Source of the DNA: Acidobacteriota bacterium
Lineage (GTDB): Bacteria; Acidobacteriota; Thermoanaerobaculia; Multivoradales; J023
DNA: 32,050 bases
NCBI GenBank assembly: GCA_039029035.1
Contig: JBCCGX010000002.1
Location: 1 to 32,050 of the forward strand
Reading direction: 5' to 3'
Made by a program: the position numbers and the translations under genes. This document shows, piece by piece, positions 24,718 to 32,050 of this stretch (position 1 is the first letter of the stretch; each line of letters opens with the position of its first letter). The notes below the pieces were generated by a model, which worked only from the letters and a program-made list of their open reading frames with translations, did no database searches and was not told where the DNA came from.

Positions 24718-25167
24718 ATGAGCGCTGTCAGCCCCGAGCTTCAAACGGTCCTGCAAGAGGCCCGTATCTTGCTCGCCGACGACAATCCGATCAGCCAGAA
24801 CACGACGCGATTCATGCTCAACTACCTGGGTGCCGAGGTCGATATCGCCGAGCACGGCCGCGCCGCTCTGGAGCTCGTGTCGCAGAAGCCTTACGATCTG
24901 ATCCTGATGGACTGCCAGATGCCGGTGATGAATGGCTATGAAGCCACGCGTGCGATCCGCGAGCACGAAGAGCGGGCGACAGAGCAGAGCCCTACGTCCC
25001 AATGGACCCGCACACCACGCGTGCCGATCGTCGCCTTGAGTGGCCGGGTGATGGAAGGGGATCGCGAGGAGTGCCTGGACCACGGCATGGATGATTGTCT
25101 CGGCAAGCCTTTCGACCTGGCCAATCTGCGCAGCTGCCTTGAGCGTTGGCTGTCGGCCAGCGAGTAA
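24718..25167 (+). CDS. Single-domain response regulator (receiver only)
   Basis: Contains [24 protein letters not shown] and CLGKPF, with an insertion (EHEERATEQSPTSQWTRTPR) before beta-4. It resembles the kinase's own receivers. Confidence 0.93.
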   Translation: MSAVSPELQTVLQEARILLADDNPISQNTTRFMLNYLGAEVDIAEHGRAALELVSQKPYDLILMDCQMPVMNGYEATRAIREHEERATEQSPTSQWTRTPRVPIVALSGRVMEGDREECLDHGMDDCLGKPFDLANLRSCLERWLSASE

Positions 25168-25175
25168 CGGTGGTC

Positions 25176-25439
25176 TTAGCCGCTTAGTCGGGCATCCCGC
25201 AGCCACAGTAGGCCGAGCACTGCGCTCGAAGTGGCCGTCGCCAGGCTGCGCACGTCGTAGCTCGCCAGGCCGCCGAAACCGAGGGCGGTGGCGAGCAGAC
25301 CACCGACCAGGGCCCCACCAACGCCGACACCGGCGACTTGCCACCAACCGAGGGGCGGCTCGCCGGGTAGGAGCCAGGCGGCGAGCAGGCCAGCCAGCAG
25401 GCCGATGGTGAGCCAGGAGATGAGGCCGAGTAGCAGCAT
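25176..25439 (-). CDS. GlsB/YeaQ/YmgE-family (transglycosylase-associated) small membrane protein
   Basis: 87 aa, Gly-rich with three hydrophobic helices: MLLLGLISWLTIGLLAGLLAAWLLPG...VAGVGVGGALVGGLLATALGFGG... Confidence 0.85.
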   Translation of the reverse strand: MLLLGLISWLTIGLLAGLLAAWLLPGEPPLGWWQVAGVGVGGALVGGLLATALGFGGLASYDVRSLATATSSAVLGLLWLRDARLSG

Positions 25440-25511
25440 GGTCGTGTAGGTCTTGGCGATCGAAGCCAGGCACGTCGGAGTCTATCGCGGTAGGGATACA
25501 ATCGCCGGATC

Positions 25512-28163
25512 ATGAGTGAACGACCCCGCCTCTACCTGATCGACGGCTATTCCAACGTTTTCCGCGCCTACTATGCCATCCGTGGCTTGTCGAGCTCCAA
25601 GGGGGAGGCGACCAACGCGGTGTTCGGCTTCCTGCAAATGCTGCGTAAGCTGCTGGCCGACGAGCAGCCGCAGTATCTGGGCGTTGCTTTCGATGTCTCG
25701 TCCGACACCGTCCGCAAGGAGCGCTTCAGCGAGTACAAGGCCAATCGCAAGCCGATGCCGGAGGACCTGAGGCCGCAGATCCCGTGGATCCGCAAGGTGG
25801 TGGAGGCGTTCAAGATTCCCCTTTTGGAACTACCCAAGTACGAGGCCGACGATGTCCTCGGTACCCTGGCGCGCAAGGCGTCGGCGGCAGGCTACGAGGT
25901 CGTACTGGTGAGCCCAGACAAGGATCTCATGCAACTGGTCGGCGACGGGGTCTTTCAGTACCACACGACGCGCGACAAGCTCTACGATCCGATTGGGGTG
26001 GAAGAGGATTTCGGCGTGCCGCCGGGCCAGGTGGTCGATGTGCTGGCGCTGATGGGTGATAGCTCCGACAACGTGCCCGGGGTGCCTGGCATAGGGCAGA
26101 AGGGCGCCACCAAGCTGGTCAAGGAATACGGTCCGCTCGAAACTCTGCTGGAGCGCGCGCCGGAGATCAAGGCGCGGGGCTACGGCAAGAAGCTGTTGGA
26201 GCACCGCGACGCAGCGGTCCTGTCGAAGGAGCTGGTGACCATCCACACCGACCTGGCCATCGACTTCGACGCCCAGTCGCTGGCGATCGAAGAGCCGGAC
26301 TACGAGGCCTTGCGCGAGATCTGCTGGCAGCTCGACTTCAACAGTCTGGCGCAGGAGCTCGAGGCCGAGCAAGGCAAGACTGCCGAGCCCCTGGAGCCAG
26401 CCGGCGACCTGGAGACGGCGGACGATTGGGCGCGTGTCGCAGGTGGCGCGCGGTCCGCGGACGACGAGATCTTTCTCGGCACAGTTGGCGAGGGCGAGGC
26501 GGCCAGTGCCGTGGGCCTCTCGGTGCTCGACGGTGAGGGCCAGCCCTGGCTGGCCGATTTTCGGCGTGACGGTCTGCGCGCCGCAGTAACGGCGACTCTG
26601 GCCGAGTGGGCCGTCGACGGCGACCTCACTCTGGTGGGCTACGACCTCAAAGAAGTGCTGCGGCTCCTACCGTCACGGACCCCGGTCGCTTGCCGGCTGC
26701 TCGACGTCATGCTGGCCTCCTATCTCACCCGCTCTGCTCTGCGCAGTCACGATTTCCCGGCCGTCGTCCTGGAGCATCTGCATCTACCGGCGATCACCGC
26801 CGCCCAGGCTGGCTTCACCCGCGGTGCCGAGCCACTTTCGAGCGACTCCAAGCTGCTGTCCTATGCTGCTGAGCGGGTCGAGCTGCCGCGGCGCATGGCG
26901 GAGGCACTGAGCAAGGATCTCGACGGCCAGGAGCTGCGCCAGGTCTACGAAGCCTGTGAAGAGCCTCTGTTGGCGGTCCTGGCGGATATCGAAGAGACCG
27001 GCATCGAGCTCGATACCGACTACCTGGCAGGGATGTCCGACGAGCTGGATGGCGAGACGTCGGCCCTCGAGGAAGAGATCTACGAGCTGGCCGGCGAGCG
27101 CTTCAATATCAATTCGCCCAAGCAGCTCGGCGTCATTCTGTTCGAGAAGCTCGGCATGCCGATCCTGCGCAAGACGCGCAAGACCAAAGCCTACTCGACC
27201 GGCGCCGAGACCCTGGAGGAGCTCGCGGCGCGTGGTTTCGAGCTACCCGAGCGCCTGCTGCGCTACCGTGAGCTGAGCAAGCTCAAATCGACCTATGTCG
27301 ACGCCCTGCCGGCCTTGGTGGCCGATGACGGCCGCCTTCACACTCGCTTCAACCAGGCGGTGGCGGCCACCGGTCGGTTGTCCTCGGCCCACCCCAACCT
27401 GCAGAACATCCCTATCCGCACCGAGCAGGGCAACCGCATACGCAAGGCCTTTCGCGCCGGCGCCGGCCGTGCACTGGTGGTCGCCGACTACAGCCAGATC
27501 GAGCTCCGGGTGCTGGCCCACATCGCCGAAGAAGAGGCGATGATCGACTCCTTCCGTGCCGGCGAGGACATCCACGCCTCCACCGCCGCGGCGGTGTTCG
27601 ATGTGTCGCCACTTCTGGTCAACTCCGAGCAGCGGCGCATGGCCAAGACGATCAACTTCGGCATCATCTACGGCATGAGCGGCTGGGGCTTGGCGCAGCG
27701 CCTCGGCATCGCCAAGAAAGACGCCGAGCGTTTCATCGCTGCCTACATGGAGCGCTACCCGGGCGTCGCTCGCTACACCGAAGAGACCCTGGCCGAGGCC
27801 CAGGAGACCCTGCGGGTCAAGACCCTCTACGGGCGTATCCGCTTGCTGCCCGACATCCGCAGCCGCAACTATTCCCTGCGCGAGAACGCCAAGCGCATGG
27901 CGATCAACGCCCGCATTCAAGGGACGGCTGCCGACCTCCTGAAGTTGGCGATGATCGCCGTCGATCGCCGGCTCCGCCGTGAGCTGACCGACTCGCGTCT
28001 GCTACTCACCGTGCACGACGAGCTCGTCCTCGAAGGGCCCGAAGGTGATGTCGAGAGGCTGAGTGTCGCGACGGTGGAGGAGATGCAGAACGTCGCCGAG
28101 CTCGCCGTGCCCCTGGTCGTCGATGTCGGCAGCGGTCCGACCTGGTACGACGCCAAGAGCTGA
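25512..28163 (+). CDS. polA: DNA polymerase I
   Basis: The 5'-nuclease N-terminus is LYLIDGYSNVFRAYYA..GDSSDNVPGVPGIGQKGA. The polymerase motifs are motif A (VVADYSQIELRVLAH), motif B (RRMAKTINFGIIYGMS) and motif C (LTVHDELVLE). The central 3'-5' exonuclease-like domain lacks the acidic catalytic residues (see findings). Confidence 0.98.
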   Translation: MSERPRLYLIDGYSNVFRAYYAIRGLSSSKGEATNAVFGFLQMLRKLLADEQPQYLGVAFDVSSDTVRKERFSEYKANRKPMPEDLRPQIPWIRKVVEAFKIPLLELPKYEADDVLGTLARKASAAGYEVVLVSPDKDLMQLVGDGVFQYHTTRDKLYDPIGVEEDFGVPPGQVVDVLALMGDSSDNVPGVPGIGQKGATKLVKEYGPLETLLERAPEIKARGYGKKLLEHRDAAVLSKELVTIHTDLAIDFDAQSLAIEEPDYEALREICWQLDFNSLAQELEAEQGKTAEPLEPAGDLETADDWARVAGGARSADDEIFLGTVGEGEAASAVGLSVLDGEGQPWLADFRRDGLRAAVTATLAEWAVDGDLTLVGYDLKEVLRLLPSRTPVACRLLDVMLASYLTRSALRSHDFPAVVLEHLHLPAITAAQAGFTRGAEPLSSDSKLLSYAAERVELPRRMAEALSKDLDGQELRQVYEACEEPLLAVLADIEETGIELDTDYLAGMSDELDGETSALEEEIYELAGERFNINSPKQLGVILFEKLGMPILRKTRKTKAYSTGAETLEELAARGFELPERLLRYRELSKLKSTYVDALPALVADDGRLHTRFNQAVAATGRLSSAHPNLQNIPIRTEQGNRIRKAFRAGAGRALVVADYSQIELRVLAHIAEEEAMIDSFRAGEDIHASTAAAVFDVSPLLVNSEQRRMAKTINFGIIYGMSGWGLAQRLGIAKKDAERFIAAYMERYPGVARYTEETLAEAQETLRVKTLYGRIRLLPDIRSRNYSLRENAKRMAINARIQGTAADLLKLAMIAVDRRLRRELTDSRLLLTVHDELVLEGPEGDVERLSVATVEEMQNVAELAVPLVVDVGSGPTWYDAKS

Positions 28164-28325
28164 CGGCCGCTCGAAACTTCGGTTTGGGCAAGCCCTGCCA
28201 CATTCTCGCCACAATTGGTCTCTATATTGCCCTAAGTTCCGATCAAGAAAGGCATTCGCGGACGATGGAATGCTTTCGAGCCGGTGCCACTCGGGCTCGG
28301 CATCGTCCGTACTAGGAGACCACGC

Positions 28326-28538
28326 ATGTTCGTATGCAGGCGCAGTGGGAAGGTTTTTGGCCGGCCGGATGCAGTGATGGAGGGACGGGGCGACGAGCCG
28401 GACCGGCCCCGGTTCGGGCTCGGCGAGGGCGGTCCGGTATTCGTACCACGGCGCAAACCATCGGCGATTGCCCTGGCGCTTCTGGCCGATGTCGCCAGCG
28501 CCGAGAGCGCGGCCTCATCGAGCGACCTCGGGCGCTAA
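28326..28538 (+). CDS. Possible 70-aa hypothetical protein in the polA/permease spacer
   Basis: AGGAG (28314-28318) lies 7 nt before ATG 28326, and GC3 is fairly high. The sequence has no recognisable features, and several overlapping ORFs of similar length exist. Confidence 0.2.
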   Translation: MFVCRRSGKVFGRPDAVMEGRGDEPDRPRFGLGEGGPVFVPRRKPSAIALALLADVASAESAASSSDLGR

Positions 28539-28640
28539 CGCCGCGCGCGCTGCCGTGCAGCGGGCGAAACAGCGGCGCAGATAATCCGTATACCTGGCAT
28601 TGGCGAAGCCACCAGGTGAACGACAACGGATGATCGCGCT

Positions 28641-31043
28641 ATGCTGTTGCAAAACTTGAAGCAAGGACTCCGCGCGCTGCGCCGCGAGCCCTCAGTCTCA
28701 CTCCTCGCTATCTTGACCCTCGCTCTCGGGATCGGCGCCACGACGACGATCTTTACCGTGGTCAATGCGGTGCTCTTCTCGCCGCTGCCCTACAACGAGC
28801 CCAGCGAGCTGGTGCGGGTCTACGCCACCAAGCCGGATCAGGGCATCGAGCGCTCGGGGCTGGCGGGGGCTGACTTCGTCGATTTCAGTGAAACTCTCGA
28901 CAGCTTCGAGCACCTCGGTTCCTACCGCTGGTTCGGCCTGGCGCTGGGCGAGGAGCGTCCCCGGGAGCTGGCGACCATTCTCTTGACGCCCGGCCTGCTG
29001 GCCGAGCTAGCACCGCCGATCCTCGGCCGTACGTTCACGCCCGAGGAAGGCCAGCCAGGCGAAGGCTACGCGATCGTCTTGAGCCATGCGCTTTGGCAAT
29101 CGGAGTTCGGCGGTGACGAGGGCGTGGTGGGCCGGACGCAACCCCTCGACGGCAGGGAATACACCATTGTCGGTGTGATGCCCGAGGGCTTTTCGTTTCC
29201 GGCGCCAGGGATCGAAGTCTGGGCGCCACGGACCTTCGATCGATCGAGCCTGAGCCGCGACAATCACTCCTGGAACGTCATCGGGCGCCTCGCTCCGGGG
29301 GTGTCGGTGGAAGCGGCCAACGAAGAGCTGCGCACCGCTGCCGGTGCCCTGGAAGAACAGTTTCCGGATTCCAACGCCGGCTGGTCGGCCTTCGCCGTAC
29401 CATTGCACGAGCAGGTGGTCGGCGCCGCCCGCCCAGCTCTGATGGCGCTCCTACTGGCCGTGGGGCTGGTGCTCGCCATCGCCTGCGCCAATGTCGCCAA
29501 CCTGCTCTTGGCACGTGGCATCGGCCGGCAGCAGGAAATGGCGCTGCGCCTGGTGCTCGGCGCCGGTCGCGGTCGCCTGGTGCGCCAACTGCTGACCGAG
29601 AGCTTGCTGTTGGCAGGGATCGGTGGCCTACTCGGGATCGGTCTGGCGTACGTTGGCGTGCGGTCGTTGATCCGCCTCGAGCCGGACGGTCTGCCGCGGG
29701 TGAGCGAGATCGCCGTCAATGGGCAGGTGCTCGGCTTTGCTCTGCTGGTGACTCTCCTCACCGGCCTGGCGTTCGGCATTCTGCCCGCCTTGCGCGGTGC
29801 GGGCCGCGAGCTCGGTCACAAGCTGCGTGACGGCGGCCGCAGCGCGGTCGGCCTGCAGGGTGGCCAGCGGCTGCGTGGCGCGATCACCGTGGCGCAGATC
29901 GCCCTGTCTCTGGTGCTACTGGTCGGTGCCGGCTTGATGTTGCGCAGCTTCCTGCACCTGGTGGATGTCGACAGCGGCTTCCAGCCGGAGCGGCGAGCAG
30001 CGCTGCAACTCTTCGTTTACGGCGAAAAGTACCGTGACCCGGAGCAGCAGCGCCAGTTCTACGATCGTTTGATCGAAGAGCTCGAGGCCCTGCCGGGCGT
30101 GCGCTCCGCTGCCGGCATCAACACCTTGCCTCTGTCGCCGATCGGCGGCGGCCGGACCCCGATCCATGTGCTCGGGCGGGCTGAGCCGGAAGACATCATG
30201 CTGGGCTATCGCATCGTTACCGAAGGATACTTCGACACCATGGGCACGAACGTCCGCGCCGGCCGTGCCTTCAATCGCGGCGACGGGGCGGAGTCGGCCC
30301 AGGTCGCTCTGCTCAACGAGGCGGCAGCGCGCCGATTCTTTCCCCAGGGTGATGCCGTTGGCTCGTTCCTGCGCGGCGACAGCGACGACGATCGCACGGA
30401 GATTGTCGGTATCGTCGGCGACGTGCGCCACCAGGGGCTCGAGCAGGATCCGGTACCCGAGATCTTTCTGCCGTTCCAGCAGAACGTGACCGGCACGATG
30501 AGCGTCGTCGTCGAGACCGAAGGCGACCCATCGGCCCATTTCGCCACTTTGCAGGAGCGTGTTTGGGTGGTGGATCCCGGCCAGCCGATCTGGGGCACCG
30601 TTACCCTCGATACGTTGGTCGAGCAAGACACGGCGCAGGAGCGCCTGCAGAGCTCCTTGGTGAGCCTCTTCGCCGCCGTGGCTTTGATTCTCGCCGCAGT
30701 CGGCCTCTATGGGGTGTTGTCCTACGCCGTCGCTCAGCGCCGGCGGGAGATCGGCGTGCGCATGGCGGTCGGTGCCAACACCTCACAGATTCTCAACTTG
30801 GTCTTGCGCAGCGGCTCGCGCTTGGTGGGCTCCGGTCTCGCCGTCGGCTTGCTTTTAGCCATGGGCCTCGTCGCCCTGTTCTCACGCCTCCTGGCGCCGC
30901 TGCTCTTCGGCATCGAGGCGCAGGATCCCTCGACCTTCCTCACCGCCGGGCTTCTGATGGCGATCGTCGGACTGTTCGCCTGCCTGGCACCCGCTCTGCG
31001 GGCAAGCCAAATCGATCCGAACAAAGCACTGAGCGACGATTAG
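28641..31043 (+). CDS. ADOP-family duplicated FtsX/MacB-type ABC permease (acidobacterial duplicated orphan permease type)
   Basis: The N-terminus MLLQNLKQGLRALRREPSVSLLAILTLALGIGATTTIFTVVNAVLF is characteristic. There are two MacB-like periplasmic domains, each followed by an FtsX 3-TM bundle (..IACANVANLLLARG.. and ..RRREIGVRMAVGA..). No adjacent ATPase gene is present. Confidence 0.93.
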   Translation: MLLQNLKQGLRALRREPSVSLLAILTLALGIGATTTIFTVVNAVLFSPLPYNEPSELVRVYATKPDQGIERSGLAGADFVDFSETLDSFEHLGSYRWFGLALGEERPRELATILLTPGLLAELAPPILGRTFTPEEGQPGEGYAIVLSHALWQSEFGGDEGVVGRTQPLDGREYTIVGVMPEGFSFPAPGIEVWAPRTFDRSSLSRDNHSWNVIGRLAPGVSVEAANEELRTAAGALEEQFPDSNAGWSAFAVPLHEQVVGAARPALMALLLAVGLVLAIACANVANLLLARGIGRQQEMALRLVLGAGRGRLVRQLLTESLLLAGIGGLLGIGLAYVGVRSLIRLEPDGLPRVSEIAVNGQVLGFALLVTLLTGLAFGILPALRGAGRELGHKLRDGGRSAVGLQGGQRLRGAITVAQIALSLVLLVGAGLMLRSFLHLVDVDSGFQPERRAALQLFVYGEKYRDPEQQRQFYDRLIEELEALPGVRSAAGINTLPLSPIGGGRTPIHVLGRAEPEDIMLGYRIVTEGYFDTMGTNVRAGRAFNRGDGAESAQVALLNEAAARRFFPQGDAVGSFLRGDSDDDRTEIVGIVGDVRHQGLEQDPVPEIFLPFQQNVTGTMSVVVETEGDPSAHFATLQERVWVVDPGQPIWGTVTLDTLVEQDTAQERLQSSLVSLFAAVALILAAVGLYGVLSYAVAQRRREIGVRMAVGANTSQILNLVLRSGSRLVGSGLAVGLLLAMGLVALFSRLLAPLLFGIEAQDPSTFLTAGLLMAIVGLFACLAPALRASQIDPNKALSDD

Positions 31044-31081
31044 CCTATCGATTCGTATGCGGTGCTTCGAGCCTAGTTGGT

Positions 31082-31495
31082 TCATTCCTCCGCCTCGTCG
31101 GGCTCCACCAGCTGGGTCATCACTCCCAGGGTGTCGGCCATCTCGAGGTCGACCAGTTTCCAGCCCTCGACGCCGCGGCGCGGGGTCGGGTTGACCACGC
31201 CCAGGCCTCCGGCGGCCAGGGCGCGGCCGGTGGCTTCGGCATCGTCGACCTGGTAGGCGATGTGGAAGAAGCCTTCGCCGTGTTCGTCGAGGAAGGCCTG
31301 GACCGGGCTGTCGGCGCGGGTCGGCTGCACCAGGATGATCCACAGGCCGCCGACGTCGAAACGCACCAGGTCGATGCCGCGTTGCGGTAGGGTCTCGCGA
31401 CCGTGGGGCTCGCGGCCCAGGATCTTGCGGTAACGCGCCGTGGCCCGCTCCAGGTCGCGGACCACGAAGTCGATGTGATGGACGCGCTCGACCAT
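31082..31495 (-). CDS. VOC-family (glyoxalase/bleomycin-resistance/methylmalonyl-CoA-epimerase fold) protein
   Basis: Internal ATG 31495 gives MVERVHHIDFVVRDLERATARYRKILG..FFHIAYQVDD.. The upstream Arg/Pro-rich extension to 31822 overlaps the receptor gene. The start overlaps the receptor stop (TGATG). Confidence 0.88.
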   Translation of the reverse strand: MVERVHHIDFVVRDLERATARYRKILGREPHGRETLPQRGIDLVRFDVGGLWIILVQPTRADSPVQAFLDEHGEGFFHIAYQVDDAEATGRALAAGGLGVVNPTPRRGVEGWKLVDLEMADTLGVMTQLVEPDEAEE

Positions 31496-32050
31496 CAGAA
31501 GCGGTAGGCGAGCTCGACGCCGACCCGGCGCAGAGCCCCGGGATGGATGAAGGAGCCGCCGAACTCCGGCGCTGTGATGACCTCTTCTAAGTACTCCTCG
31601 TCGCCGAGGTTGTTGGCGAACAGGGTGATGCCCCACTTGGCGGTGGTGGCGCCGAGGCGCAGATCGAGGGTCTCGTAGCTGTCGCGCCGAGTCAGCGAGT
31701 AGTCGGCGACACCGAGGCCGGGGAAGAAGGCGTTGAACAGGGTCACGCGTTCCTCCTCCTGCACCGTGTGGAACCAGGTCTCGCCGACTAGATTGAGGTA
31801 AGCGCTGGCGGTGAAGATCCACCGATCGGAGATCGGTTTGGAGAAATCGAGTGCCAGGTTGCCGGTGAACTCCGGTGTATAAGGGGACTCGTTGCCGATG
31901 GTCGCGGGGCGCGAGGTGTTGGCCTGAATCTCGCTGTCGACCCAGTTGAAGCCGGAGTAGAAGGTCAGGTAGTTGTTGGCCCGCCAGTTGAAGCCGAGCT
32001 CGGCGCCCTGGATCTCCACCTCGTCGATGTTGGAGACCACGCGCAACAGG
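31495..32050 (-). CDS. TonB-dependent receptor, C-terminal beta-barrel part; the 5' end lies beyond the right window edge
   Basis: The frame is open to the window edge; the M at 32046 in the track is an internal TTG Leu. It shows an alternating beta-strand pattern and the canonical C-terminus ..RRVGVELAYRF with a terminal Phe. Confidence 0.85.
   Translation of the reverse strand, partial: LLRVVSNIDEVEIQGAELGFNWRANNYLTFYSGFNWVDSEIQANTSRPATIGNESPYTPEFTGNLALDFSKPISDRWIFTASAYLNLVGETWFHTVQEEERVTLFNAFFPGLGVADYSLTRRDSYETLDLRLGATTAKWGITLFANNLGDEEYLEEVITAPEFGGSFIHPGALRRVGVELAYRF

Noticed and set aside
21700-25473. Long minus-strand ORFs antisense to the hybrid kinase and receiver genes (21700-22461, 22140-22772, 23314-23955, 24679-25473)
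   Set aside because: They lie opposite genes with unmistakable HisKA/HATPase/REC motifs. The 264-aa ORF also runs through the GlsB gene in another frame.
25830-31390. Antisense or out-of-frame ORFs within polA and the permease (25830-26372, 27243-27920, 29916-30626, 30563-31390) and the 31082-31822 N-terminal extension
   Set aside because: They are shadow ORFs in high-GC coding DNA. The VOC protein starts at the internal ATG 31495, which abuts the receptor stop.
1-32050. Frequent GCGATCGC / CGATCG palindromes (HIP1-like) across the window
   Set aside because: In GC-rich coding DNA these arise readily from common codon pairs (GCG-ATC-GCC, TCG-ATC, and so on). I cannot compute enrichment by hand. 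Only the intergenic cluster at 19480-19720 is flagged.

Overview
High-GC (about two-thirds G+C by eye), densely coding bacterial chromosomal window. An ADOP-type duplicated FtsX permease, TPR-CHAT proteins, an ECF sigma/anti-sigma pair and a TonB-dependent receptor suggest an Acidobacteriota-like organism; this is an inference, since no database search was possible. I support about 26 CDS. Left to right they are: a truncated PQQ-like beta-propeller lipoprotein that is missing from the ORF track; a minus-strand operon of ECF sigma, zf-HC2 anti-sigma, a 137-aa unknown and an exported TPR-CHAT protease; a PaaI-type thioesterase; an HD hydrolase; a helical-repeat protein; an OmpR-family regulator; a CheY-like regulator; a sensor-less hybrid kinase; a 141-aa unknown; a cytoplasmic TPR-CHAT protease translationally coupled to an orphan family-5 solute-binding lipoprotein; a divergent S8 subtilase; about 1.8 kb of gene-poor DNA; a PAS-HisKA-HATPase-3xREC-Hpt hybrid kinase plus a receiver protein; a GlsB/YeaQ membrane protein; polA; the ADOP permease; a VOC-fold protein; and a truncated TonB-dependent receptor. 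I recognised no rRNA, tRNA, CRISPR array, transposase or integrase. The main hunt results are these. (1) A head-to-tail CGTCAT repeat with an 11-12 bp register, resembling a Pho box, recurs in five intergenic regions, always pointing at the downstream gene. It links the regulators, kinases, the 141-aa gene and the S8 protease region into a putative regulon. (2) There is a Cas-independent TPR-CHAT + ECF sigma + anti-sigma module. (3) An orphan binding protein overlaps a second TPR-CHAT gene. (4) The S8 protease carries three ESSMAILG units that differ only by synonymous changes. All functional interpretations are hypotheses drawn from reading the sequence by eye.
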